Source: Polyangiaceae bacterium
GTDB lineage: Bacteria; Myxococcota_A; Polyangia; Polyangiales; Polyangiaceae
Assembly (NCBI GenBank): GCA_044376115.1
Contig: JBILLK010000008.1
Span: forward strand, 32,001 to 96,000
DNA length: 64,000 nt
Direction: 5' to 3'
The notes under the pieces: model-generated
What the model saw: the letters and a program-made list of their open reading frames with translations, nothing else
Told to the model about the DNA's origin: nothing
Database searches by the model: none
Program-made: the position numbers and the translations under genes
Part shown: one piece after another, positions 8,515 to 18,749 of the stretch
How positions within the stretch are numbered: the first letter of the stretch is position 1
Layout of the letters: each line of letters begins with the position of its first letter

Positions 8515-11423
8515 GCCGTCGGCTCACTGTGGTGCCGTCGGAACGACATCTCGAGAGCAGCCCACAGTCCGACATCACCACCTGGCGACGCTGGATCGAG
8601 AAAGTGCGCGCGTGTGAACCCGCGCGCCGTCTCGAGGCCTCCACCGCGCTGCTTTATCTCGTCGTACGCGGCTACGTCCTCAGCCACCCGCTCGATCAAC
8701 GAAGCGGCCCGCCAGCGCGCGGCTTGATCGGGCTCGCCCACCAAACGTTGGGGCAGCTGCGTCGCGCGGGTACCAGCGCGGAGGATCTCGAGCGCACCGA
8801 GACCGCGCGCGGACGCTGGCTCGGCGCGCTGATGCGCACGCTCGACCAAACGCTTTTGCGACTCGAGCTCTATGACCCGCGACAGCTCCCCGCGCGCGCG
8901 ACGTTGCAACGCTTCGCGGAGCAGCAACCCAACGACTTGAAGCTCACCTCGACCTTGAGCTTCGACGCGGACCTCCTGCGCTTTGCCACCGACCTGCAGG
9001 CTGAGCTCGGCCAGCGCGGGAAGACCCTCAGCCTCGAGTTGCCCGCGTTGCCCGGCGAGACGGCGGTCTCCAGCCTGGCCAACTGGCTCGAGGGTCGACT
9101 CGCCGAAGAACCCAACGCCTTCGAGCTCGAGTGGCAAAAGACGAGCGAGCCGCAAACCGTTTGGCTGAGTGAATGCGCCGGCCCCGAAGCCGAGGCGCGC
9201 GAGGCCGCCTTCCGCGTACGCCAGGCTCTCGACGCCGGAGCCGCCCCGGAGCGCATCGCCATCGTCTTGCCCCGCCGTGACGAGAGCTTCGAAGAGCCGC
9301 TGCGCGCCGCGCTGTTCGAGGCGCAGATCCCCTTCTCGGAGGCCGCTGGGCCCTCGGTGTTTGCCTCGCCTGAAGCGAAGCTCGTGCTCGATCTGATCGA
9401 GATGGCGCACGGTCAATTGGATCGCGACAAGCTCGTAGTACTGCTCACCACGCCCGGCCTGCATCCCGGCAGCTTGGTGCGTGAAACCGATGAAACCCAA
9501 GCGGTGGAACGCGCGCGCGCCCTCGCCAGCCGCTTACGCAACCTGCCGGTGATCCGCGATCGCGACGGCAAGCTGATGGTCGAAGCGCTAGCCGCGACGC
9601 TGCGCGAGAGTTGGCAAGACCCCGAGCGCAACGAGAAGGTCAATGAGCTGTGGATGGTGCCGGCGCTCGAGGCGTTGATTCGCGTGTTCGAGCGGCTGCG
9701 CGAGGCGCCGAGCCTGGCCGCCATCATCAGCGAGCTCATCACCACCATCGACCGCCTGCGTTTGGGTGATCCTTCGGCCAGCGAGCTGCTCAGCGCGCTT
9801 TCGCTCGAAGCGGCCAGCAGTACGCCGATCCGCCGCTTACCGCTGCGCGCGATGGCCGAAGGCGCCGTCGCAGTGCGGGCCGTACGCCAAACCCTCGAGT
9901 CGATCTTGGCGGCGGCCAAGCTGCTCGGCATCAGCGACGAGCCCTACCCTTTGAGCGATCTCGGCGTCGAGCTGGTCGAGCAACTCGAGGGCTTCGCCAC
10001 CACCGCGCGCGGAGCTGCCTCACGCCTGTGCACCGTGCGTGTCGCCACCTTGCGCGAGGTCGCTGGCCTCGAGCACGAGCTCTTGGTCTTTCCGCAAATG
10101 CTCAGCTCGGCCTATGCCACCCGCGAGCAGAGCTCGCTGCTCGACGAAGCAACGCATGCGCAACTTCCAACCAGCCGCCGGCCGCAAAGCCTGTTCGAGA
10201 AGAACCGCGAGAGCGCTGCGCTGCTCGAATGGGCGCTGGTTTCGGCCAAGACCGCGCTGCTCTCCTACCCGCTGAGCGGCAGTGACGGCCGCCCCACCGA
10301 GCCGCCGCATCCCGTCGTCAAGACCGTGCGCGAGCGCGCCACGGTGCGCCGTGAACCGGCCTCACGCGTGCACCCGAACGCGCGCCTCCTCAGCCAACGC
10401 GGCGCCGAGCTCCAGGCGCTGTCACAAGGAGCAAAGCCTGCAAAAGAGCTGCGCGCGCGCATCGAGCTCGAACGCACCCGCGCCGCGTTCTTTCGCAGCA
10501 AACGTCCCGCCAGCGCAGAGACCGGCCTGGTCAACGCCGAGAACGTCGATCTGCCTAGCATGTTCGGTGGCGCCACGCGCGAGCGGCCGATCTCGGTCAC
10601 CATGGTGGACCGCGCAATCAGCTGCCCCTTCCGTGCCTTCGTCGAGCGAGCGCTGGGCGTCCGGCGCGCCGAGGAGCTCAGCGATACCCACGGCCCGCGC
10701 GAACGCGGCACCTTGTTGCATCGCGCGCTGCTCGTCGCCTTCGACGAAGACAAGCGCATCCGCGGCACGCATTCGCCCGAGCAGCGCCTGCTCGCCTGTC
10801 GCCAGGTCATCGCGCAGGAACTCGCCCGTGAGCCCTTCGGCGTGCTGCGCGCAGAGGGCGTGCGTCGCATCGGCGAAGAGGCGGTCGCGGTCGTAGAGTT
10901 CGACCTGCAGCGCGAACACGACGCGCTCTACGACAACGGCGAACAACGCTTCGGCTCCCGCGAAGGCTCCCGCTTCCCGCCGTTATCGCTACGCGCAAGC
11001 GACGGCACCGAGGTCTGGCTCGAGGGCCAGATCGATCGCATCGACGTCGACGCCGACCGAACGATGGCCCGCGTCGTCGACTACAAGACCGGCAAGGTCC
11101 AAACCAAGCGCATCGGCGTCACCCAAATGCAATTGCCTTTGTACGCCGCCGTCCTGCGCGAGAACGGCTTTGCGAAGGCCGAGGCCTGCTACATCACCGT
11201 CGGCGCTGGCGGCGCCATCAGCGTGCAGCCCAGCAAGGCCGAGGATCAGAAATGGCCGGATGAAAAGTTGATCGACGTCAAAACGCACTCCGCCGACGTG
11301 ATCGTCTCGCTCTGGCGTGGCCTGGTCCCACCGCGGCCCGAGAGCCCGAGCGCCTGCAAACACTGCGAGCACCGCGGCATCTGCCGCAGACCAGCGATCG
11401 CCCTCGAGCTGGAGGACGAATGA
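8511..11423 (+). CDS. addB: AddB-like PD-(D/E)XK nuclease subunit with Fe-S staple
   Basis: SCPFRAF, GTLLH, GQIDRID, VVDYKTG, QLPLY, CKHCEHRGIC; ATGA overlaps at both ends. Confidence 0.8.
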   Translation: MSRRLTVVPSERHLESSPQSDITTWRRWIEKVRACEPARRLEASTALLYLVVRGYVLSHPLDQRSGPPARGLIGLAHQTLGQLRRAGTSAEDLERTETARGRWLGALMRTLDQTLLRLELYDPRQLPARATLQRFAEQQPNDLKLTSTLSFDADLLRFATDLQAELGQRGKTLSLELPALPGETAVSSLANWLEGRLAEEPNAFELEWQKTSEPQTVWLSECAGPEAEAREAAFRVRQALDAGAAPERIAIVLPRRDESFEEPLRAALFEAQIPFSEAAGPSVFASPEAKLVLDLIEMAHGQLDRDKLVVLLTTPGLHPGSLVRETDETQAVERARALASRLRNLPVIRDRDGKLMVEALAATLRESWQDPERNEKVNELWMVPALEALIRVFERLREAPSLAAIISELITTIDRLRLGDPSASELLSALSLEAASSTPIRRLPLRAMAEGAVAVRAVRQTLESILAAAKLLGISDEPYPLSDLGVELVEQLEGFATTARGAASRLCTVRVATLREVAGLEHELLVFPQMLSSAYATREQSSLLDEATHAQLPTSRRPQSLFEKNRESAALLEWALVSAKTALLSYPLSGSDGRPTEPPHPVVKTVRERATVRREPASRVHPNARLLSQRGAELQALSQGAKPAKELRARIELERTRAAFFRSKRPASAETGLVNAENVDLPSMFGGATRERPISVTMVDRAISCPFRAFVERALGVRRAEELSDTHGPRERGTLLHRALLVAFDEDKRIRGTHSPEQRLLACRQVIAQELAREPFGVLRAEGVRRIGEEAVAVVEFDLQREHDALYDNGEQRFGSREGSRFPPLSLRASDGTEVWLEGQIDRIDVDADRTMARVVDYKTGKVQTKRIGVTQMQLPLYAAVLRENGFAKAEACYITVGAGGAISVQPSKAEDQKWPDEKLIDVKTHSADVIVSLWRGLVPPRPESPSACKHCEHRGICRRPAIALELEDE

Positions 11424-14400
11424 ACGTCGCCGACGAGCTGCTCTACGCCTTCCAGCGCAACGTGGTGATCGCCGCGAGCGCTGGCACCGGCAAGACGCAC
11501 CGCTTGAGCACGCTGTACGTGATGCTCTGTCTGGGCCTCACCTCGCGCGGCCAACGCACGCCGCACACACGCAGCAAGGCCGTCGCCCCGGCGCGCATCG
11601 TCGCCACCACCTTCTCGCGCGGCGCCGCCCTCGAGATCCGCACCCGCATCGAAGAGTCGCTGCATTCGCTCGCCGTAGGTACGCCCTCCCCGCCGCTCGC
11701 CGAGGCCGTCGCGCAGCGGCTCTCGGCCTTGGGCGGAGAGATCTCGCAGGGCGAGGTCGCAACCAGCGCCAGCGCCGCGCTGGAGAGCTTTCGCGACGGG
11801 CGCATCGATACGTTGCATGGCGTAGCCGCCGAGCTGCTTCGTAAAAACGCCCTCGCGCTCGGTTTGCCGCCGCGCTTCTCGATCATGGAGGAGGACGAAG
11901 AAGAGGCCTTCTCTTACGGCATCATCGACGAACTGCTGTCGGCCGCCTTGGCCGGCGAAGGCGACGAGCCGATGGCCGCCCGCGCGCTGATCGACCTCTG
12001 CTCCGGCTTCTTCCGCATGCGCCAAGAGGTGCTCGGCTTCTTGAACAGCCTCTCGGATCGCGGCCTGCGCGTCGCCTCCCTCGATACGGTGGATCACCTC
12101 ACGCCGGCGCTCAACCTGCATCAACGCCTGCGCGAGGTCGTCGCCGGTTGCGCCTCTACCCAAGCCCGCGACAGCGTGCGCGAGTTCGCCGCGCGGCTGC
12201 ACGTGAGCCTGCGTGCCGACTCGCCGCATGAGCTCGGCGCCGAAGCGGAGCACGCCCTCTCGCTGCTCTTCGCCATGCGCAAGCCAGCCAAGGCGAGCCC
12301 ACAAGAGCTCGAGCTGTTCAGCTTCCGCGACGAGATCAAAGGCTCGGCCGTCAACGACAAAGCCGGTCCGATGTTGATCGAGACGCTGCGACAGAGCCGC
12401 GAACTCGGCAACGTCGAGCGCGCGCTGCTCGCGCTGCTCGGCAAGATCGAAGCGCGTTTACGCAGCGAAAAGCTAGCCGCAGCGAGCTTCGGCTTCGGCG
12501 ATCTTTTGGTGCTCGCGCGCGACGGCCTGCTCGAGAACCCGGGCGCGGCGTTGCGTGCACGCAACGATCACGACGTGCTGATGGTGGACGAGTTCCAAGA
12601 CACGAGCTCGGTGCAGCGGGATCTGGTGTACTTGCTCCGGCTCGCAGACAAACATCAACGCGCTGCAGCCGGCCGCGTCCCCTACTCGCACGAGCTCGAA
12701 TCGCACGGCCTGTTCGTGGTCGGTGATCGCAAACAATCGATCTACGCCTTCCGCGGCGCCGACGTGTCGGTGTTCGAGCAAGTGCTGACCGAGCTCGGCG
12801 GTGACCCCGCGCGTGAAGCGCTGTCCATCCCCACGCGCGGCGGCCCGGCCCTCGCCGATTTCATCGCCCTGCGTGAAAATTATCGCAGTGCGCCGCGCAT
12901 CGTCGACTTCGTCAACGCCTTCACCAAGCTTGATTTTGTGCAGACCAGCAACTCGGGCGGGCTCGGCCCGGGGGAGGAACTCATCGCTGCCCGTGAAGCT
13001 CCCGCGGGCGTCGTCGTCAGCCGCATGATCGCGGCCGAGGATGACGAATCCGGCGAGACGGATCAGGCCTCGGCCGCCGCGGCGGCTGCACGTGAACTGC
13101 TCGATGGCGGCCTATTCGAGCCGCGCGACATCGCCATCTTGGTGCGTCGTCGGGCCAGCATTCCGTTCGTCGAGTTGGCGCTCGAGGAGCGCAACGTGCC
13201 CTTCACGATCGCCGGTCGCGCGCTGTTCGAGACCTTCGAGGCGCGCGATCTCGCAGCGCTGCTGCACCTCGTGATCGATCCGCGCGATCGCGCCAGCCTC
13301 GCGCACGTGCTGCGCGGCCCGCTGGTCGGCCTCACCGACGAGGCACTGGCAACGCTGGTGGAAGGGCGCGGTCTGCGGCGGGACGTCTTGTCGGAGAAGG
13401 GCCCGAGCTTGCCTGCTCGCCGTTTCCCCGAGGAGGCCGCCCGGCTCAAAGACTTCGCTACGCAGTTTCGCGAGCTGCGCTCGGCGATCTTGCGGCTACC
13501 CGCGTCAACAGCGCTGCGCGCGCTGCTCACCGCCTTCGACTTGGACCGGCTCACCGCCGCCTTGCCGCGGCCCAAAGAGCGGCTCGGCAACATGATGCGC
13601 TTGATCGAGCTGTCGCACGCGCGCAGCGAGAGCGTGCTCTCGTTCTCACGCTGGTTGGATCGGCAGATCGCCGATCAACGCGACGAGGCCGAAGCGGTGG
13701 TGTTCTCGCGTGAGGACAACGCGGTGCGCTTGGTCACCATCCACGCCAGCAAAGGCTTGGACTTTCCCGCCACCATCCTCGTGGATTTGGGCGTGATCGA
13801 GCGACCTCGCAGCCCGGCGCTGCGGCTTTTGGCACCGGAAACGGAGGGCGCTCGCTACCGCTTCACCGCGCGCCATCGCGGACGTCGCGGCCTGCCGATC
13901 GACAACGCCCCGCTGCGGGAAGACGGCCAACAGCGGGCTAAACAATCCGCCGGCGAGCGCACCCGCTTGAGCTACGTCGCGCTCACACGCGCGCGTGATG
14001 CGCTGGTGCTGATCGAGTCGAGCGAACGCGCCACCGGCTCGGTCGCCCAGAAGACGCTCAACTTCCTCAAGGAGAGCGAGTCCGGCGCACAGCTCTTCGA
14101 TGAGCGGCTGCCCAAGACCGATTCACCCACCGCCCGCGACGCTGCAACGGCCGCACCAAGCGTAGTCCCCACCATGGCGAAGCCGCAGCAGCGCGCCCGC
14201 TCCCTCGCCATCGCCACCACGCCGCTGGGCGTGTTTGCCGGCTGTCCGCGGCGCTTTCGCTTTCGTTTCCAGCTCGGGCTGGAGGAGCCAGTCGACAGCG
14301 GGCAGCTCGGCCTATTCGAGGCCGATCCGGAGCGCCATACGCCCAAAGTCGTGGCCTTCGAGGGAGACGGTGAACAGGCCGATCCACGCGCGCTTGGACG

Positions 14401-15079
14401 CGCGGCGCATCGCTACCTCGAGCTATTGCCGCAAGCGGCTTTTGGCAGCGAACAGCCCCCCGAAAGCATCGCCAAGTTCCTCGCGCGTGAAGGCGTTCCG
14501 GAGCAAGACGGCGCTGAGCTCACCCTGCTGCTGCAGGCCCTCGTACGTTCGCCCTACGGCCAGAACCTGCACGCGATGAAGGCCTTGTACCGGGAGTACG
14601 AGCTTGCCTCGGTAATCGAGCCGGAGCTCGGCGATGGCCCGCGTTTGACCCTGCGTGGCACCGTGGACTTGTGCGCCGAAACCGACGACGGGCTCGATAT
14701 CATCGACTACAAAATCGCAAAACCTCCAACATCGTTGGAGGCCTACACGTTCCAGCTGCGCTGCTACGTCACCATGGCCCGAGCGACTTTCCCCAGTAAG
14801 CCCATTCGGGCGGGGCTCTTGTTCCTGGACCGCTCCTTGATTGACGAGCAGGGCCAGCTAGCGCCGCCGCGCTGGGTCGTCGAAGGCAGCGAAGGCGATG
14901 AAACGTTTCGTCGCGAGCTCGCTCAGCTCGCGCAACGTTTGGCTGACTTCCGCGGCGACGACGAGTGGCCTGGTCGTGAACTCGCGGATTGCCGCAAGCT
15001 TCACTGCGGCTTCGTAACGGCCTGCCACCGCAACCAGAGTGGAGGGCCGAAGCGGCGCCGAGGACCCGCACAAGGCTGA
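11420..15079 (+). CDS. addA: AddA-like UvrD helicase plus nuclease
   Basis: ASAGTGKT, VDEFQDT, VGDRKQSIYAFRGAD, ENYRS, TIHASKGL, YVALTRA, IIDYK. Confidence 0.88.
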   Translation: MNVADELLYAFQRNVVIAASAGTGKTHRLSTLYVMLCLGLTSRGQRTPHTRSKAVAPARIVATTFSRGAALEIRTRIEESLHSLAVGTPSPPLAEAVAQRLSALGGEISQGEVATSASAALESFRDGRIDTLHGVAAELLRKNALALGLPPRFSIMEEDEEEAFSYGIIDELLSAALAGEGDEPMAARALIDLCSGFFRMRQEVLGFLNSLSDRGLRVASLDTVDHLTPALNLHQRLREVVAGCASTQARDSVREFAARLHVSLRADSPHELGAEAEHALSLLFAMRKPAKASPQELELFSFRDEIKGSAVNDKAGPMLIETLRQSRELGNVERALLALLGKIEARLRSEKLAAASFGFGDLLVLARDGLLENPGAALRARNDHDVLMVDEFQDTSSVQRDLVYLLRLADKHQRAAAGRVPYSHELESHGLFVVGDRKQSIYAFRGADVSVFEQVLTELGGDPAREALSIPTRGGPALADFIALRENYRSAPRIVDFVNAFTKLDFVQTSNSGGLGPGEELIAAREAPAGVVVSRMIAAEDDESGETDQASAAAAAARELLDGGLFEPRDIAILVRRRASIPFVELALEERNVPFTIAGRALFETFEARDLAALLHLVIDPRDRASLAHVLRGPLVGLTDEALATLVEGRGLRRDVLSEKGPSLPARRFPEEAARLKDFATQFRELRSAILRLPASTALRALLTAFDLDRLTAALPRPKERLGNMMRLIELSHARSESVLSFSRWLDRQIADQRDEAEAVVFSREDNAVRLVTIHASKGLDFPATILVDLGVIERPRSPALRLLAPETEGARYRFTARHRGRRGLPIDNAPLREDGQQRAKQSAGERTRLSYVALTRARDALVLIESSERATGSVAQKTLNFLKESESGAQLFDERLPKTDSPTARDAATAAPSVVPTMAKPQQRARSLAIATTPLGVFAGCPRRFRFRFQLGLEEPVDSGQLGLFEADPERHTPKVVAFEGDGEQADPRALGRAAHRYLELLPQAAFGSEQPPESIAKFLAREGVPEQDGAELTLLLQALVRSPYGQNLHAMKALYREYELASVIEPELGDGPRLTLRGTVDLCAETDDGLDIIDYKIAKPPTSLEAYTFQLRCYVTMARATFPSKPIRAGLLFLDRSLIDEQGQLAPPRWVVEGSEGDETFRRELAQLAQRLADFRGDDEWPGRELADCRKLHCGFVTACHRNQSGGPKRRRGPAQG

Positions 15080-15109
15080 GTCAAAGGCGCCGCGTAGCGC
15101 AGGATCAGT

Positions 15110-15523
15110 TCAGGACTTCTTGAACACCATCTTGCCCATGGCGCCCTTTTCCCCGGACTCGCACTCGAGGTTGCCGGAGACGAGCTTGCACTTGAGGTCC
15201 TTGTTGTCCTTGCCGCCGCTCAGCGTGATGGTGTCCCCATCCTTGGTCCACTTGCCGGTCTCGGTCTCTTCCTTGGCCGGCTTGTCCTTCTCGAGCTTCA
15301 TCGAGCTCTTCATCTCGGCGGTGCCGTCCGACTTCAGCTCGAGCGAGATGTCCATCGCCTCAACCATCGCAGCAGCGAAGCCGGCGGCGTCCTTGTCCTT
15401 GGTCTCGGCCTCGAGCGACTTCTTCATCGCCTCTTTGTCGAGCTTGTAGACGCCTTCGGGGCCACCGCAGGCGGCGAGAAGAAGGGCGAAAACGGAGGCG
15501 GGGATGAGCGTGCTGAACTTCAT
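15110..15523 (-). CDS. Small lipoprotein
   Basis: LLLAACGG lipobox; SD AAGGAG. Confidence 0.8.
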   Translation of the reverse strand: MKFSTLIPASVFALLLAACGGPEGVYKLDKEAMKKSLEAETKDKDAAGFAAAMVEAMDISLELKSDGTAEMKSSMKLEKDKPAKEETETGKWTKDGDTITLSGGKDNKDLKCKLVSGNLECESGEKGAMGKMVFKKS

Positions 15524-15785
15524 GGGAACTCCTTGGCGGTAGCGCGAATCGTGAGTGGCTAAGCGATCTAGGTGCGCCCTGGTCGCATGTCCGAAGCGAG
15601 AGCGCTAGCGAATTGTCGGCACGCCGCAGCCTGGACGCGAGCAGCGGACACTGCCTTGCCGAGCAGCGCAAGATTTGTGTGTAACGCCCGCTCAATTGAC
15701 CCATAGTGAGCAACGCTTTCTGCGCCCGAACAGGACGAGCAGACTCGCTGCAACACCTCAACCTGGTTAGCTTTCCGCGAGCCAT

Positions 15786-16913
15786 ATGCTCGACCACGGC
15801 CAAGCGCTACCCCACCTGCTTCCGCCCTCGGCCTACGCGAGCGAGGAGCACCACCGGCTCGAGCTCGCGCAGGTCTTGCGCCCAAGCTGGCATTGCGTCG
15901 CCACCCTCAGCGACTTCGCGAACCCCGGCGACTACCGCACCATCGAGCTCTTGGGGCGGTCCCTGATCCTGCACCGCACGAGCCGCGGAATGCGGGCCTT
16001 CGTCAACGCCTGCGCCCACCGCCATACCCAAGTTTCTTCGCTGCCCTGCGGCAATGAACGCCGGCTGCGCTGTCAGTATCACGGCTGGGAATACGACGCC
16101 GAGGGCGTAGCCTGCGTCATCCCCGACGCAGGCTGCTTCATGCCGCTCGACTATCAAGCTTTGAGGCTCGAGCCGGTTCGCTTGGAGCAGCTCGGCCAGC
16201 TGCTATTCGTCTGTCTGGAGCCCGCCTCACCGCCGCTGCGCCAGAGCCTCGGTGCCCGCGCAACGGCCGCCCTCGAGGCGTGGTTTGGGCCAGGCGTGAG
16301 GCAGGCCGCCGCTATTGGCTTGGACCACGACTGCAACTGGAAGATCCCGGTCGAGAACTCGCTCGAGGATTACCACGTAAAAATGTTGCACGATAACTTC
16401 ATCGCCCGGCATCCCAAGCTGTTCCGGCTGTTCCAAGGCCGGCCGCCGGCGGGCAAACCGCGGTATGAAATCGATGACCACTTCTCGTCCGTGCACGATG
16501 AATTTGGTGCGAGTTCGGCGGGCTACAGGTTTGCGCTCAAGGCGCTGCGCAAACAAAGCAGCGTCGCCTTCGAGCATCTGCATGTTTTCCCGTCGATGTT
16601 GTTGGGCCAGACCGGCCTGGTGACCTTCTTCCAGTCGGTGTTGCCCACGTCGGTCAACCGTTCACGCAGCTTGGTGCGCATCTTCCTCGACCTCGGGCAA
16701 GCGGGCACGCCGCTTCACGAGCGCGGCTTGGCGCCCCTCGCGGATAGGCTCGTAGCAGCGATGTTTCGGGCGCTGATGCGAGAAGACGAACGGGTGTTCC
16801 CCGCCGCGCAAAGCGGCATGCGAGATAGCACGCGAAACGGCCTCCTCAGCGGCCGCGAGCAGCGTGTTTACGCCTTTCACCGCTACCTGACGAGCACGCT
16901 CACGCGCGCTTGA
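15786..16913 (+). CDS. Rieske non-heme iron oxygenase alpha subunit
   Basis: NACAHR...CQYHGW Rieske ligands; ENSLEDYHVKMLH and ED mononuclear iron ligands. Confidence 0.9.
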   Translation: MLDHGQALPHLLPPSAYASEEHHRLELAQVLRPSWHCVATLSDFANPGDYRTIELLGRSLILHRTSRGMRAFVNACAHRHTQVSSLPCGNERRLRCQYHGWEYDAEGVACVIPDAGCFMPLDYQALRLEPVRLEQLGQLLFVCLEPASPPLRQSLGARATAALEAWFGPGVRQAAAIGLDHDCNWKIPVENSLEDYHVKMLHDNFIARHPKLFRLFQGRPPAGKPRYEIDDHFSSVHDEFGASSAGYRFALKALRKQSSVAFEHLHVFPSMLLGQTGLVTFFQSVLPTSVNRSRSLVRIFLDLGQAGTPLHERGLAPLADRLVAAMFRALMREDERVFPAAQSGMRDSTRNGLLSGREQRVYAFHRYLTSTLTRA

Positions 16914-17763
16914 CCGCGACCGCCATCCGCTCCTGCCGAAACGGCAGCGAGAGCTGCGCATGGCCCCCAAAGCGAGCCACCCACTGCCGAGAATTCTCGT
17001 CCTGCTCGACGCTAAACCCATAATCTTGCAACAGCCCAGCGAGTTCTTCCCGCGTGAAGTTGGCTCCCAGCGGCTCACCGACCACCGACAGACCGATATC
17101 GAGCAAGCGACGCAAACCCTGCGGTATCGGCTTAGCGGGCGTACTCATATAGGTAACCGCTAAACGGCTGCCCGGAGCGCTAGCGGCGCTCAGCACGCTC
17201 AAGGTCTGCGCCACCGCCTCACGCGGCAGATACATGGTTACGCCCTCCCAAACCCATACGCTGGGCTCGGTAGCTAAATGCCCCGCCTCGCGCAGCGACC
17301 GAGCCAGATCATCCCTCGTAAAGTCCACAGGCACATAGCGCAAAGACTTCGCGAGCGGCGCTAGCGACTGCGCTCGGGCGCGTTTGTACGTTTGGGAGGC
17401 CGGATGGTCCACCTCGAACACGGTCACCGCCTGCAGACAGTCCAGCCGATAGGCCCGCGCATCGAGGCCCGCGCCCAACAGCACCAGCTGCGAGACCCCA
17501 GCCGCCTCGCGCACGGCCTGATCGATCGCCGCGGAGCGCAGCGCGAGATGGTCCACGAGCCCCACCGAAGCCACGCGCAGGGGCCATTGCGCGAGCCGGG
17601 CCCAAGGCGCGCCAGTGCGCGGAATCAAGGACGCGATCGGGCTGGGCAACAAGCTGCGCGCTGCCTCATCCGCCAGCGTGGCTTGCGTGATGGGCGCAGC
17701 CGTAGCCACACCGCGCGCAAAGCAAACGATCCCAGCAGTCATACTCGGCCAATCCGATCGCAT
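16900..17763 (-). CDS. SAM-dependent methyltransferase (leucine carboxyl methyltransferase-like family)
   Basis: QLVLLGAGLDARAYRL, FEVDHP, WEGVTMYL. Confidence 0.9.
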   Translation of the reverse strand: MRSDWPSMTAGIVCFARGVATAAPITQATLADEAARSLLPSPIASLIPRTGAPWARLAQWPLRVASVGLVDHLALRSAAIDQAVREAAGVSQLVLLGAGLDARAYRLDCLQAVTVFEVDHPASQTYKRARAQSLAPLAKSLRYVPVDFTRDDLARSLREAGHLATEPSVWVWEGVTMYLPREAVAQTLSVLSAASAPGSRLAVTYMSTPAKPIPQGLRRLLDIGLSVVGEPLGANFTREELAGLLQDYGFSVEQDENSRQWVARFGGHAQLSLPFRQERMAVAVKRA

Positions 17764-17828
17764 CAGCGCTTCGCTCCAACAGTCAGTTGCAGCGAGCGTG
17801 ACACAGACCCGTTAGGATCGCAGCCGCA

Positions 17829-18698
17829 ATGAGCCGTGTGGCCAGCCGCAAGCCGCGATTTCTCCTCGGGAGCCTGCTGCTCGGGATCGCGCTCTTGGCT
17901 TTGGGTCAGGGGCTCACCTTGGTGCACCACAAACCCTTCTCCGACTATTGGTATGGCTTGGTCTGGACCGGCTTCATCCTCAGCGGCGATACAATCATTG
18001 GCCTGCGCACCGGCGCCTGTCTGCTGCTCCAGCGCCCCCGTGAGCTGTTACGTATGTTCGCGCTGTCTGGCTGCCTTTGGTGGGCCTTCGAGCTAGGCAA
18101 CGCCACGCTATTCGACAATTGGTCCTATGCAGCTAGCCCGGAGGTACCTCATTGGCTGCAATGGCTACGCAGCTGCTACTTCTTTGCCACCTTGTTGCCG
18201 GCGACCTGGGTGGCCTCTGGGCTCGCTGTGATGATGATGAAGGCTCGACCGGCGCCGCATCGGTCAGCGCCTAAGCTCGCGGGCGTGGGGCTTCTTGTTG
18301 GTGCTATCTGTGGGCTGCTTGCCCTCGTTTTGCCGCAGCTGAGTTTGCCACTCTTGCTGCTTTCGCTCGGTCTATTGGCCGATAGCCTCAACTTGCTCCT
18401 CGCTCGACCTTCCCTCTTGGGCTACGCCGGCCAGCGCTCGCTTTCGCTTATGGTAGCCATCTCGGTCGGCAACCTCGCGGCCGGCGTCGTGGGGGAGGCC
18501 TGGAACTACCCGGCCCACCCGCGCTGGAGTTACGACGTTCCCTACGCCGGGGAGTTCTACCTCTTTGCCATGCCGCTACCGGGCTATCTTGGCTATGCCG
18601 TATTAGCGATAGATCTGTTCGCGCTTTATCACCTGCTCGGGCGGCGTCGCAAAGTGAGCTTCCCTGCCGGCCACCCCTATACGGTGATGGGGCTCTAG
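17829..18698 (+). CDS. Polytopic membrane protein of unknown function
   Basis: About 8 hydrophobic segments; duplicated motif FELGN...NWSY / GEAWNY...WSY...MPLPGYLG. Confidence 0.75.
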   Translation: MSRVASRKPRFLLGSLLLGIALLALGQGLTLVHHKPFSDYWYGLVWTGFILSGDTIIGLRTGACLLLQRPRELLRMFALSGCLWWAFELGNATLFDNWSYAASPEVPHWLQWLRSCYFFATLLPATWVASGLAVMMMKARPAPHRSAPKLAGVGLLVGAICGLLALVLPQLSLPLLLLSLGLLADSLNLLLARPSLLGYAGQRSLSLMVAISVGNLAAGVVGEAWNYPAHPRWSYDVPYAGEFYLFAMPLPGYLGYAVLAIDLFALYHLLGRRRKVSFPAGHPYTVMGL

Positions 18699-18749
18699 CC
18701 GCCCAGGCAGATGACGAGGCTCCTGGTCTGCTGCTAGCGTCAGCGGCTG

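Noticed and set aside
8511..15079. Cas4/CRISPR or defence nuclease-helicase
   Set aside because: No repeat-spacer array or cas genes; size, order and motifs fit AddAB.
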